From contig CAVOXZ010000016.1 of assembly GCA_963700555.1 (NCBI GenBank), positions 41,891 to 105,890 on the forward strand: a DNA stretch of 64,000 bases. The letters are read 5' to 3'. This document shows positions 54,237 through 64,000 of this stretch, in pieces; within the stretch, counting starts at the first letter, position 1, and the number at the start of each line of letters is the position of its first letter. This DNA comes from an uncultured Chloroflexia bacterium (GTDB lineage Bacteria > Chloroflexota > Limnocylindria > Limnocylindrales > CSP1-4). Under the pieces are notes generated by a model that was given only the letters and a program-made list of their open reading frames with translations, searched no databases and had not been told where the DNA came from. A program made the translations under genes and the position numbers.

Positions 54237-54278
54237 AGTCCGTGTCGATATCGTCAGCCACACATCGAGGTGGGGACC

Positions 54279-54440
54279 ATGGGATCTCGGGATCGCCCCT
54301 CCAAGGAAGCCAAGAAGAAGCCCAAGGAAAAGGCCTCTTCCCAGCCCAAGCTGTCGTCGCTCTCCGACATTCCGCAGCAGGCGGAAGTCATCAGGAAGCC
54401 ACGCAAGCCGCGCTGGGACGAGGAGTCCGGCGAAGGCTGA
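54279..54440 (+). CDS. Small Lys/Arg-rich protein (53 aa) upstream of recA
   Basis: GAGGTGG RBS, ATG 54279, TGA 54440; [53 protein letters not shown]; below the ORF-track length cutoff. Confidence 0.65.
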   Translation: MGSRDRPSKEAKKKPKEKASSQPKLSSLSDIPQQAEVIRKPRKPRWDEESGEG

Positions 54441-54510
54441 CGAACCGGGCGGACGGGGACCGGGTCCCGCTCCGTCGGGTCGGCCGAGGCCGCCAGGAGC
54501 GAGGACGACA

Positions 54511-55584
54511 ATGACGGTCAGCGGCAGGGAGATCGACCGCAACGGTCCCAATCCGGAGAAGGCGCTCGCGGAACGAGGGCGCGCGGTCGATGCCGCGATC
54601 CTCGCCATCGAGAAGCAGTTCGGACGCGGCTCGATCATGAAGCTCGGCTCGGCCGAGCGGCAGGCGGTCGATTCGATCCCCACGGGGTCCATCGCCCTCG
54701 ATCTCGCGCTCGGCGTCGGCGGCGTGCCACGCGGCCGCATCACCGAGATCTTCGGCCCCGAGTCGTCGGGCAAGACCACCGTCTGCCAGCACGTCATCGC
54801 GGAAGCCCAGCAGCGCGGCGGCATCGCCGCCTTCATCGACGTCGAGCACGCGCTCGATCCGGCATATGCGCGCGCCTGCGGCGTCAACGTCGACGAGCTG
54901 CTCGTGTCCCAGCCGGACACCGGCGAGCAGGCGCTCGAGATCACCGAGACGCTCATCCGCTCCGGCGGCGTGGACATCGTCGTCGTGGACTCCGTGGCGG
55001 CGCTCGTGCCCCGCGCGGAGATCGAGGGCGAGATGGGCGACAGCTTCGTCGGCATCCAGGCCCGGCTCATGAGCCAGGCCCTGCGCAAGCTCACGGGCGC
55101 CGTCTCCCGCTCCAACACGTCACTGGTGTTCACCAACCAGCTGCGCGAGAAGATCGGGGTCATGTTCGGCAACCCCGAGACCACCCCGGGCGGTCGCGCG
55201 CTCAAGTTCTACGCGTCGGTGCGCCTCGACATCCGGCGCATCGAGACCATCAAGACCGGCACCGAGTCGGTGGGCAACCGGGTCCGGGTCAAGGTCGTCA
55301 AGAACAAGGTCTCGCCGCCGTTCCGGGTCGCGGAGTTCGACGTGATGTACGGCGAGGGGATCAGCAAGGAGGGCGGGCTGCTCGACGTCGGCGTCGCCAT
55401 GGACGTCGTCACCAAGACGGGCGCCTGGTTCACCTTCGGCGAGACGCGGCTGGGCCAGGGCCGCGAGGCGTCCAAGGAGTTCCTCAAGTCGAACGCGGAC
55501 GTCGCGGGCGAGATCGACCGCCTGATCCGGGCCAAGATGGCCGACGTGGCGCTGCCCGTCGAGGGCATCGAAGAGGCCGAGTAG
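54511..55584 (+). CDS. recA: Recombinase RecA
   Basis: [54 protein letters not shown]. Confidence 0.98.
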   Translation: MTVSGREIDRNGPNPEKALAERGRAVDAAILAIEKQFGRGSIMKLGSAERQAVDSIPTGSIALDLALGVGGVPRGRITEIFGPESSGKTTVCQHVIAEAQQRGGIAAFIDVEHALDPAYARACGVNVDELLVSQPDTGEQALEITETLIRSGGVDIVVVDSVAALVPRAEIEGEMGDSFVGIQARLMSQALRKLTGAVSRSNTSLVFTNQLREKIGVMFGNPETTPGGRALKFYASVRLDIRRIETIKTGTESVGNRVRVKVVKNKVSPPFRVAEFDVMYGEGISKEGGLLDVGVAMDVVTKTGAWFTFGETRLGQGREASKEFLKSNADVAGEIDRLIRAKMADVALPVEGIEEAE

Positions 55585-55611
55585 GCCCGCCGGCAGCCGG
55601 ACCGGCCGCTG

Positions 55612-56245
55612 ATGGACGACGAGCCGGAAGGACGACGCCGGCCTGCCCGACCGCGGGCGCGCAAGCCCACCTTCGCGGAGCGGCGCGAGCGCCGGGCGGC
55701 GGTGGAGGACGTCGCGGAGGTCCTCGATGCCGCCGCCCGCTTCCTCGAGGCCCGGCCCCGCTCGGTCGCCGAGGTGGAGCGCAAGCTCGGGGGCATGGGC
55801 TACCAGCCCTCGCTGGTGGCGGAGGTCGTGGAGCGCCTGGTCCAGCTCGGCTATCTCGACGACGAGGCGTTCGCACGGGCCTGGGTCGAGTCCCGGGATC
55901 GGGCCAGCCCGCGCGGCGAGCACGCGCTCCGGCGCGAGCTGTCCCAGCGAGGGGTGGACCGGACCCTGGTCGACGAGGTGCTCGCCGCGCGGCGTGACCG
56001 CCCGGCGAGCGCCCAGGCGTCGCAGACTCCCGACGAGGCCGCCGCAGAGCGGCTGCTCACGCAAGCGCCTGCCCGCCCTCCTGCGCGAGGGCGACCCTCG
56101 CCGGCGGCGGCAGAAGGCGTACGCGCTGCTTGCCCGATCCGGCTTTCCGCCGGACGTCTGCGGATCGGTGACCCGGACGGTCCTCGCGGCGGCCGTCGCG
56201 GGTGACGCTCCGGACGAGGACGACGAGCCGGGCCCGGACGCCTGA
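55612..56245 (+). CDS. recX: Regulatory protein RecX (frameshifted)
   Basis: ARFLEARPRSVAEV..KL, GYLDDEAFA, ELSQRGV, LARSGF; follows recA. Confidence 0.85.
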
Positions 56246-56456
56246 TCGCGGTGGCCGTAGTAGGCTACGCGGCAACCGGACGCGGACCCTGAGGCCGCGA
56301 TCCGGGCGAGCCGTGACACCGGTTGAGAGCCTGCCGGAGCCCGCGCGGGGCCCGTCGACTCCCGAGCCCAAGCGAACGCCGGTGTTCACGTAGCCCGAGC
56401 CCGATTCCGGATCACGCGCCCGGCGCATTCATCCCGCCGGGTGGGAGGAACTGAAG

Positions 56457-57987
56457 ATGGAGTACGTCCTCGCCGTGGCGGCCGCATTGGTCGCGGGCGC
56501 TGTGGGCGTCGCCGTGGGATTCGTCGCCCGTGGGACGCTGTCCAACCAGACGCTCAAGTCGGCCCAGGACAAGGCCGCGCGGATCGTGGCCGAGGCGCGA
56601 ACGCAGCAGAAGGACATGATCCTCGAGGCCAAGGACGAGAAGCTGCGCCTGCAGCGTGAGGCCGAGGACGAGGCGCGCACGAAGCGCACCGAGCTCCAGA
56701 ACCTCGAGCGCCGTCTCCTCGCCCGTGACGAGCAGCTCGACCAGCGCGCCGACCTGCTCGAGGAGAAGAGCCAGAAGATCGTCGACCGCGAGCGCGACGT
56801 CGAGCGCCAGCGGGGCGAGCTCGAGCGTCTCAGCCAGGATCGCGTCGCCGCCCTGGAGCGCGTGGCCGGCCTGTCCGCCGACGGATGCCAAGGACATGCT
56901 CCTCGAGGCGATCCGCGAGGAGGCCGAGCACGATGCCGTCAAGCTGGCGCGGTCCATCGAACGACGCGCCCGCGAGGAGGCCGGCGACAAGGCGCGCGAG
57001 ATCATCGTCACCGCCATGCAGCGCGTCGCCGCGGACCACACCGCCGAGCACACGGTCACGGTCGTGCACCTCCCCAGCGACGAGATGAAGGGCCGGATCA
57101 TCGGCCGCGAGGGGCGCAACATCCGGGCGCTCGAGCAGGCCACGGGGATCGACCTGATCATCGACGATACGCCGGAGACCGTCGTCCTGTCGGGCTTCGA
57201 CCCGGTCCGGCGAGAGGTGGCCCGGCTCGCGATCACCAAGCTGATCGCCGACGGCCGGATCCACCCGGGTCGGATCGAGGAGGTCGTCAACAAGGCCCGC
57301 GCCGAGGTGGACCTCGTGATCCGCCAGGCCGGCGAACAGGCGGTCTACGACGCCGGCGTGCCCGGGCTCCCGCCCGACCTCGTGAAGCTGATCGGCCGGC
57401 TCAAGTACCGCACCAGCTACGGCCAGAGCGTGCTCGTGCACTGCGTGGAGACGTCGCTCCTGGCCGGGATCATCGCCGCGGAGGTCGGAGCCGACGTGAA
57501 CGCGGCCAAGATCGGCGGCCTCCTCCACGACATCGGCAAGGCCGTGGACCACGAGGTCGAGGGCCCCCACGCCGCCATCGGTGCCGCGATCGCCCAGAAG
57601 AACGGCCTGCCGTTCAAGGTGGTCAACGGCATCGCGGCGCATCACCAGGAGGTCGAATACGCCTGCATCGAGGCGCCGATCGTCCAGATCGCCGACGCGA
57701 TCTCGGCCTCGCGCCCCGGCGCCCGCGGCGAGACGATGGCGACCTACGTCAAGCGCCTCGAGGATCTCCAGGCGATCGCCGACAGCTTCACCGGCGTCGA
57801 GCGCTCGTTCGCCGTCCAGGCCGGCCGCGAGGTCCGCATCCTGGTCCGGCCCGAGGAGATCGACGACCTGACGGCGAGCCGGCTGGCCCGCGACATCGTC
57901 AAGAAGATCGAGGACAACCTCACCTACCCGGGCCAGATCAAGGTCACGGTGATCCGCGAGACCCGCGCGGTCGAGTACGCGAAGTAG
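56457..57987 (+). CDS. rny: Ribonuclease Y (frameshift near 56883)
   Basis: N-term TM and coiled coil; [15 protein letters not shown]; [38 protein letters not shown]. Confidence 0.96.
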
Positions 57988-58003
57988 GGGAGCAGGCGCA
58001 CAC

Positions 58004-58869
58004 GTGACCGATCGCAACGAGCGTGCCGGGCTCGGCAACCCCGTCAACGGCAACGCGCCACGTCCACCCGGCGCGTGCCGGGTGCTGCTGATCGGCGATG
58101 TCATCGGCAAGCCCGGGCGGGTGGCGATCGAGCAGGCGCTGCCCGGCGCTGCGCGACGAGCGCGGGATCGACTTCGTGACCGCCAACGGGGAGAACCTCG
58201 CGGGCGGCATGGGGCTCACGATCAGCACCGCGCAGGCGCTGTTCGCGGCCGGGGTGGACGTGATCACCAGCGGCAACCACATCTGGGACAAGCGCGAGAT
58301 CTACCCCTTCCTCGACGAGAGCGGACCGCGTGCTTCGCCCGCTCAACTACGGCACCCATGGCGTGCCGGGCCGCGGCTGGGGCACCTACGAGGCGCTCGA
58401 CGGCTCCGAGCTCGCGGTCGTCAACCTCCAGGGCCGCACCACGATGCAGCCCATCGACAACCCCTTCACCGACGCGGACCGCCTGCTCGACGAAGCGTCG
58501 GAGCCGCTGCCGCCCATCCGCCTGGTGGACTTCCACTGCGAGCTCACCTCCGAGAAGAACGCCATGGGGCTCTATCTCGACGGCCGCGTGTCGGTGGTCG
58601 TGGGCACGCACACCCACGTGGTGACGGGCGATGAACGGATCCTCCCCAAGGGCACGGCCTACCAGACGGACCTCGGGATGACCGGGCCGTTGTGGAGCGT
58701 GATCGGCTTTCGGCCCGACACCGTCCTGCCCCGGTTCATCAACGCACTGCCCACGCGGTTCGAGGTCGGTGACGGGCCCGTGATCCTCAACGCCTGCCAG
58801 GTGGACATCGATCCCGCCACGGGGCGGGCGCTCCAGGTCGAGCGGATCAGCCGCCTCGTCGAGGTCTGA
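58004..58869 (+). CDS. YmdB/TIGR00282-type metallophosphoesterase (frameshifted)
   Basis: IGDVIGKPG, NGENLAGG, TSGNHIWD, DFHCELTSEK, GTHTHV, TDLGMTG; follows rny. Confidence 0.92.
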
Positions 58870-58871
58870 GC

Positions 58872-59804
58872 GTGGGTTCGCGCCACGAGGCGCACCCGGG
58901 CGGGCAGCCGTTCGTCGCCGGGGCCGCGGTCGCCGACTTCCACGCGCACACGACCCGGTCGGACGGCGTGCTCGAGCCGCTCGACCTCGTGCGCCAGGCC
59001 CACGACGTGGGGATCCGGCTGTTCGCGATCGCCGACCACGACAACCTCGCCGCCTACCGCGAGCTCGACCGCCCCCGGCGCCGCGCCCCTGCCCGACGGC
59101 CTCGAGCTCGTCGCCGCGGTGGAGATCAACGCCGTCACCGGGACCCTGGCGATCGACCTGCCCGAGGGCGAGCTGCACGTCCTGGGCATCGGCGTGGACC
59201 CGTTCGACGAGGCGTTCGAGACCGCGATCGCGGCCCAGCGCAGCGCCCGGCGCCACCGGTTCAGCGCGGCGATCGAGCGCCTGCGGTCGATCGGCCTGCC
59301 GGTGACCGACCACCTCCCGCCGGGCGTCCTCGAGAGCGACGATGCGCTTGGGCGTCCCACGCTCGCACGCGCCCTGGTGGCTGCCGGCCACGCCGACAGC
59401 GTCGAGGACGCGTTCCGCCGGATCCTGGGCGCCGGCCAGCCGGGCTACGTGCCACGATCGGGCATGAACCCGGTGGAGGCGATCCGCGCGATCCGCAAGG
59501 CGGGCGGGCTCGCGTCCATCGCCCACTTCGCCGAGGCACCACGACACCTGGACCTGCTGCGGGAGCTGATGGGGCACGGCCTCGACGGCCTCGAGACGCA
59601 CCATCGATCGTTCGAGGCGGACACCCGGGCAGGCCATGACGGATCGTGGCCCGGCAGCTCGGGCTCGTCGAGACCGGCGGCACGGACCACCACGGGGACA
59701 CCGCGTCGTACGCGGAGGACCACGCCCAGCTGGTGATGCCCGCCGAGCTGGTCGCCGGGCTCCGTGACGCCCTCAGGGCCCGGGAGCGGCCGGCTCGTCC
59801 TTGA
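58872..59804 (+). CDS. PHP-domain metal-dependent phosphoesterase (YciV/TrpH-like) (frameshifted)
   Basis: DFHAHTTRSDG, IADHD, VEIN, HVLG, GLDGLE, TGGTDHHG. Confidence 0.85.
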
Positions 59805-60537
59805 CGAAGGTCGGACGGAGGTCCACGGCGGCGCCGCGGCGCCGGCGGGCCACCAGGTTGAGCGCCTCGACGAACACCGAGAACGCCATCGCCGCGTAGA
59901 TGAACGCCTTGTCCACGTGGATCCCCGCGCCATCGAGCAGCAGCGTGGTGCCGATGAGGAGCAGGAACGCGAGCGCGAGCATCTTGACCGTCGGATGCTC
60001 GTGCACGAAGCGCGAGATCGGCCCCGACGCCAGCAGCATCACGCCGACCGCGATCATGACCGCGAGGACCATGACCGGGATGTCGTTGGCCATGCCGATC
60101 GCCGTGAGCACCGAATCGAGCGAGAACACGATGTCGAGCAGGACGATCTGGACGAGGATCGCGCCCATGGTCGCGGTGCCGAGGCTGACGGCATGCCCCT
60201 CGGCGCCCTCGAGCGACTCGTGGATCTCCGTGGTCGCCTTCCAGATCAGGAACAGGCCGCCGCCGCCCAGGATCAGGTCCCGGATCGAGACCGGATGGTC
60301 GCCGATGGTGAACAGCGCCTGGGTCAGCCCGGCGATGAACGAGATCGTGAGCAGCAGCAGGATCCGCATGCCCATCGCGAGGACCAGGCCGACGGTCCGG
60401 GCCCGGTCGCGCTGGCCGACGGGCAGGCGCTGGACCAGGACGGAGATGAAGATGACGTTGTCGACGCCGAGGATGATCTCCATCACGGTGAGCGTGAGCA
60501 GCGCGACCCAGGCCTCGGGGTTCGTGATCCATTCCAT
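59773..60537 (-). CDS. TerC family membrane protein
   Basis: MEIILGVDNVIFI, GGLFLIWKAT.EI, DIVFSLDSVLTAIG, HPTVKMLALAFL. Confidence 0.92.
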   Translation of the reverse strand: MEWITNPEAWVALLTLTVMEIILGVDNVIFISVLVQRLPVGQRDRARTVGLVLAMGMRILLLLTISFIAGLTQALFTIGDHPVSIRDLILGGGGLFLIWKATTEIHESLEGAEGHAVSLGTATMGAILVQIVLLDIVFSLDSVLTAIGMANDIPVMVLAVMIAVGVMLLASGPISRFVHEHPTVKMLALAFLLLIGTTLLLDGAGIHVDKAFIYAAMAFSVFVEALNLVARRRRGAAVDLRPTFVKDEPAAPGP

Positions 60538-60609
60538 CGGCGCGGAGCGTACCCTGCCGGGCGAGTGTCCGCCCGCCGGCGCCGCGATCCGCACTACCAT
60601 CACCGGGTC

Positions 60610-62266
60610 ATGACGTCCCGGACCCTGCCTGTGCTCGACACTGCGCCGCCGACCGCGGCGCCTGCGGGGCCGCGCGACGCGCCGGTGCCCCAGGACCGGC
60701 GGCTGGCGGAGTTCCGGCCTGAGCCGCGCGCCCTGCCGTCGTTCTTCGTCTGGACGCTCGGCTGCCAGATGAACAAGAGCGACTCCGAGGAGATGGCGGG
60801 ACGCCTGCTCTCGGCCGGCTGTGCCGAGGCGGCGTCGATCGAGTCGGCGGACCTCGTGGTCATCAACACCTGCGCGATCCGCGAGGCCGCCGAGGCCAAG
60901 GTGATCGGCCGGCAGGGCCATCTCGGCCGGCTCAAGCAGGCGAACCCGGGGCTGCGCGTGGTCATGACCGGCTGCTCGGTCCGCGAGTCGAACCGCGCCG
61001 GGCTGGCGCGCCGCTACCCGGCCGTCGACCTGTTCCTGCGCCCGGACGAGGAGCCGGAGCTGGTGGACCGCCTGGGCCTCGCGTCCGCGCAGGCGCCGGT
61101 TGGCGCGCTCTCGATGACCGCGGCGACGACCGTCGTCAAGGGCGCCGCCGTGTCCGACGCGACCCACCTGGTGCGCGCGCGCGCGGACGCGATCGCCGGG
61201 GAGGCGGTCAGCCGCGGATCGGCGATCAGCGCTTGGCTGCCGATCATCTACGGCTGCGACAAGACCTGCACCTATTGCATCGTCCCGTTCAGCCGCGGCC
61301 CCGAGCGGAGCCGGCCGTTCGACGAGATCCTCGATGAGGCCCGCGCCCTCGCCGCGGCCGGCTACCGCGAGGTGACCCTGCTCGGCCAGAACGTCAACAG
61401 CTACGGCCACGACCTGCCCGCGGAGGAGCGCTTCGCGCACGTCTCGGTGGCGCGGACTGTGGGCCGCCGCCAGGACCGGGAGGCGCGGCCGGACCTCGCG
61501 GAGCTGATCCGGGCGATCGACGGCCTGCGTGATCCCCGCGGCGCACCGGCGATCCCCCGGCTGCGCTTCGTGACCTCCCACCCGTGGGACCTCTCGGACC
61601 GCCTGATCGAGGCCCTGGCCGCGTGCCCGTCGGTGTGCGAGTCGCTCCACCTCCCCGTCCAGTCGGGATCGGACACGATGCTCCGCCGGATGGGCCGGCA
61701 GTACACGATCGACCACTACCTCGAGCGGATGGCGAGGATCCGCGATGCCGTGCCCGGGATCTCGCTCTCGACCGACGTGATCGTCGGCTTCTGCGGGGAG
61801 ACCGAGGCCGAGTACGCCGACACCCTGGCCCTGCTCCGGACGGTGCGCTTCGACCAGGTGTTCGCCGCCGCCTACAGCGAGCGTCCCGGGACGCCGGCGA
61901 CGAGGCTCGCTGACGACGTCCCGTCCGCCGAGAAGCGGCGCCGGCTCGTCCAGCTGCTCGACGTCCAGGAGCGGATCGGGCTCGAGCGCAACCAGGCCTG
62001 GCTCGGGCGGACGGCCGAGGTCCTCGTGGACACGATCGTCCCGCCGCGCTCGCACGATCACGACGACGAACGAGGCTGCCTCCCTCCCGGGACGACCGGA
62101 CGCGTTCGCCAACCTGCCGGCAGGCATGGTGCACCTCGCGGGCAGGTCCCGCGAGAACAAGCTCGTCCATGTCGCCGGGACGCCGGAGCTCCTCGGCGAG
62201 CTCGTCGCGGTGGCCATCGACCACGCCGGCCCGTACGCGCTCCGCGGCTCGCTCGCCGGCCGCTGA
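60610..62266 (+). CDS. miaB: tRNA methylthiotransferase MiaB (frameshift near 3' end)
   Basis: TLGCQMNKSDSE, NTCAIRE, CDKTCTYC radical-SAM motif, LLGQNVNSY, HLPVQSG; TRAM-like C-term; adjacent to miaA. Confidence 0.92.
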
Positions 62267-62275
62267 GCGCTGCCC

Positions 62276-63217
62276 ATGACGCTCGCCCCGCTCGTCGTCA
62301 TCGGTGGGCCGACCGCCACCGGCAAGACCGGGCTGGCCATCGGGATCGCCGAGCGGCTGCTGGGGCGCGGGACCCCGGCCGAGGTCGTGTCCGCGGACTC
62401 GCGCCAGGTGTACCGGGGCCTCGACATCGGCACGGCCAAGGCGACCGCCGAGGAGCGGGCCCGGGTCGTCCACCACGGGATCGACCTTGTCGAACCAGAC
62501 CAGGCGTACTCGGTCGCGGAGTTCCGGACCCACGCGCTCGCCGCGCTCGCCGCGCTGGGGGCGCGTGGCGGGATCGGCATCCTCGCGGGCGGCACCGGCT
62601 TCTGGCTGCGGGCGGTGATGGCCGGCATCGACACCGACGCCCTGCCGTCAGACGCCGCCGTGCGTGCCGGCCTCGAGGCGGACCTGCTCGAGCACGGGCT
62701 CGCGGCGCTGGCGGCACGGCTTCGCACCGCGGCGCCGACACGGGCCTCGAGAGCCGACCTCCGCAACCCCCGCCGCGTCGTCCGCGCGCTCGAGATCGCG
62801 ACGCTGCAGGGCGACGGGCCGCTGCCCGAGCCCATCGGGTACCCGGCGCCCGTGCTCGGCCTCCAGCTGGTGCTCGAGCCCGCCGAACACCAGCGGCGAA
62901 TCCACGCCCGCGCACGCGCCCAGTTTGACGCCGGTCTGCTCGAGGAGGCCCGCGCGCTGCGCGAGCGCTTCGACCCTGGGCTGCCGGCCTTCTCGGCGAT
63001 CGGCTACCGCGAGAGCTGGGCCTGCCTCGACGGCGCGCTGACGCTCGAGGCGGCCATCGAGCTCGACGCCCGGCGCAACGTGGCCTTCGCGCGACGCCAG
63101 CGGACGTGGTTCCGGCGGGAACCGGCGCTCGCCGTGGTCGATGTGCGAGACCCACCGGCACCCGCGGCGGCCGCCGCCGTCGACGCCTTCATCGCCGACC
63201 TCGACGCCGCGCGCTGA
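62276..63217 (+). CDS. miaA: tRNA dimethylallyltransferase
   Basis: GPTATGKT, SADSRQVYRGLDIGTAK, GGTG, RVVRALEI, AIGYRE, ARRQRTWFR. Confidence 0.96.
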   Translation: MTLAPLVVIGGPTATGKTGLAIGIAERLLGRGTPAEVVSADSRQVYRGLDIGTAKATAEERARVVHHGIDLVEPDQAYSVAEFRTHALAALAALGARGGIGILAGGTGFWLRAVMAGIDTDALPSDAAVRAGLEADLLEHGLAALAARLRTAAPTRASRADLRNPRRVVRALEIATLQGDGPLPEPIGYPAPVLGLQLVLEPAEHQRRIHARARAQFDAGLLEEARALRERFDPGLPAFSAIGYRESWACLDGALTLEAAIELDARRNVAFARRQRTWFRREPALAVVDVRDPPAPAAAAAVDAFIADLDAAR

Positions 63218-63266
63218 CCCGGTCCGCTCGAGAGCCCCGAGTTGGGCACCCGGTATGCTGGATCGC

Positions 63267-64000
63267 ATGAGCCCCCAGGAGACCATCGACCTCGCGCCGC
63301 CCGTGGAGAAGGCATTCCTCGTAGCCGTGGACACCGGGGACGACGCCGGGTGGACCGCCGAGGACAGCCTCGTCGAGCTGGCAGCGCTGGCCGAGACGGC
63401 GGGCGCGGACGTGGTGGGTGCCGAGTGGCAGAACCGCCGCCACGTCGACCCCAACTGGTACGTGGGCAAGGGCAAGGCCGAGGAGCTGCTCCAGGCCAAG
63501 TCCGAGACCGGGTTCGAGATCCTGGTTGCCGACGACGAGCTCAGCCCGGCCCAGCAGAAGACCCTCGAGTCGCTGCTCAACGTCAAGGTCATCGACCGCA
63601 GCCGCCTGATCCTCGACATCTTCGCGCTCCACGCCCAGACCCACGAGGGCCGGCTCCAGGTGGAGCTGGCCCAGCTCGAGTACCAGCTGCCCCGCCTGAC
63701 GCGCCTGTGGACGCACCTCTCGCGTACCGGCGGCGGCATCGGGACCCGCGGTCCGGGCGAATCCCAGCTGGAGACGGACCGCCGGCTGATCCGCGAGCGG
63801 ATCAAGAAGATGAAGGGCAAGGTCGACGACGTCCGCCAGCAGCGCGAGACGACGGCGCGCGGCCGGGACCGCCGGCTGTACCCCACGGTGGCGATCGTCG
63901 GCTACACGAACGCCGGCAAGTCGACGCTCCTCAACGCCCTCGTCGGGTCCGTCGTCGCCAAGGCCGAGGACAAGCTGTTCGCGACGCTCGATCCAACGTC
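63267..64000 (+). CDS. hflX: GTPase HflX (3'-truncated by window)
   Basis: IDRSRLILDIFA, EGRLQVELAQLEY.LPRL, GIGTRGPGESQLE.DRR, GYTNAGKST, KLFATLDPT. Confidence 0.96.
   Translation, partial: MSPQETIDLAPPVEKAFLVAVDTGDDAGWTAEDSLVELAALAETAGADVVGAEWQNRRHVDPNWYVGKGKAEELLQAKSETGFEILVADDELSPAQQKTLESLLNVKVIDRSRLILDIFALHAQTHEGRLQVELAQLEYQLPRLTRLWTHLSRTGGGIGTRGPGESQLETDRRLIRERIKKMKGKVDDVRQQRETTARGRDRRLYPTVAIVGYTNAGKSTLLNALVGSVVAKAEDKLFATLDPT

Noticed and set aside
58872-59804. PHP protein as the missing histidinol-phosphate phosphatase
   Set aside because: Motifs and position after rny-ymdB fit the YciV/TrpH-like group better, and it is not linked to the his cluster; cannot be excluded without a phylogeny.
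3213-62835. Many long ORFs in the six-frame track (e.g. 3213-5150-, 19863-22262-, 27025-29472-, 42849-44681+)
   Set aside because: They are antisense or off-frame shadows of recognisable genes, Arg/Pro/Gly-rich and expected at very high GC.
59764-62928. 1054-aa (+) and 1020-aa (-) ORFs suggesting large MiaB or TerC fusions
   Set aside because: These are open shadow frames across divergent terC (start 60537) and miaB (start 60610), plus a frameshift at the miaB end.
1-64000. CRISPR arrays, IS elements, prophage, rRNA
   Set aside because: No regularly spaced repeats, transposase/integrase/phage motifs or rRNA-like sequence seen by eye.

Overview
This is a very GC-rich bacterial chromosome segment made up mostly of core genes. 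The gene order (tRNA-Val, T-box, thrS-infC-rpmI-rplT-pheST, cvpA-mpg-mutS2; yebC-ruvCAB-tgt; recA-recX-rny-ymdB-PHP; miaB-miaA-hflX) and the T-box regulation suggest a Terrabacteria lineage, most plausibly Chloroflexota (inference, not tested). More than 20 genes, including essential ones (thrS, rpmI, pheT, tyrS, rny), are split by single-base frameshifts, which looks like uncorrected long-read indel error rather than pseudogenisation; coordinates of split genes span the reconstructed gene. I saw no CRISPR array, rRNA, transposase, integrase or phage genes. The 1-22 kb part is more accessory: sulfotransferase, HsmA-like, flavodoxin, DoxX, CAAX protease, GT2, an SBP/peptidase/DUF881/MFS/amidohydrolase run, and an NCS1-ALDH-GcvT-like catabolic operon. 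The best leads, all hypotheses, are: (1) a GT2 glycosyltransferase carrying a CysRS-anticodon-binding-like N-terminal domain; (2) a tgt with a eukaryote-like queuine pocket and no adjacent queA; (3) a divergent his regulon with a TrpR-like gene and an 8-bp-periodic palindromic operator; (4) a Thr T-box that starts right after tRNA-Val; (5) small ORFs missed by the ORF track, ahead of recA and the NCS1 permease; (6) widespread leaderless-gene promoter signatures.
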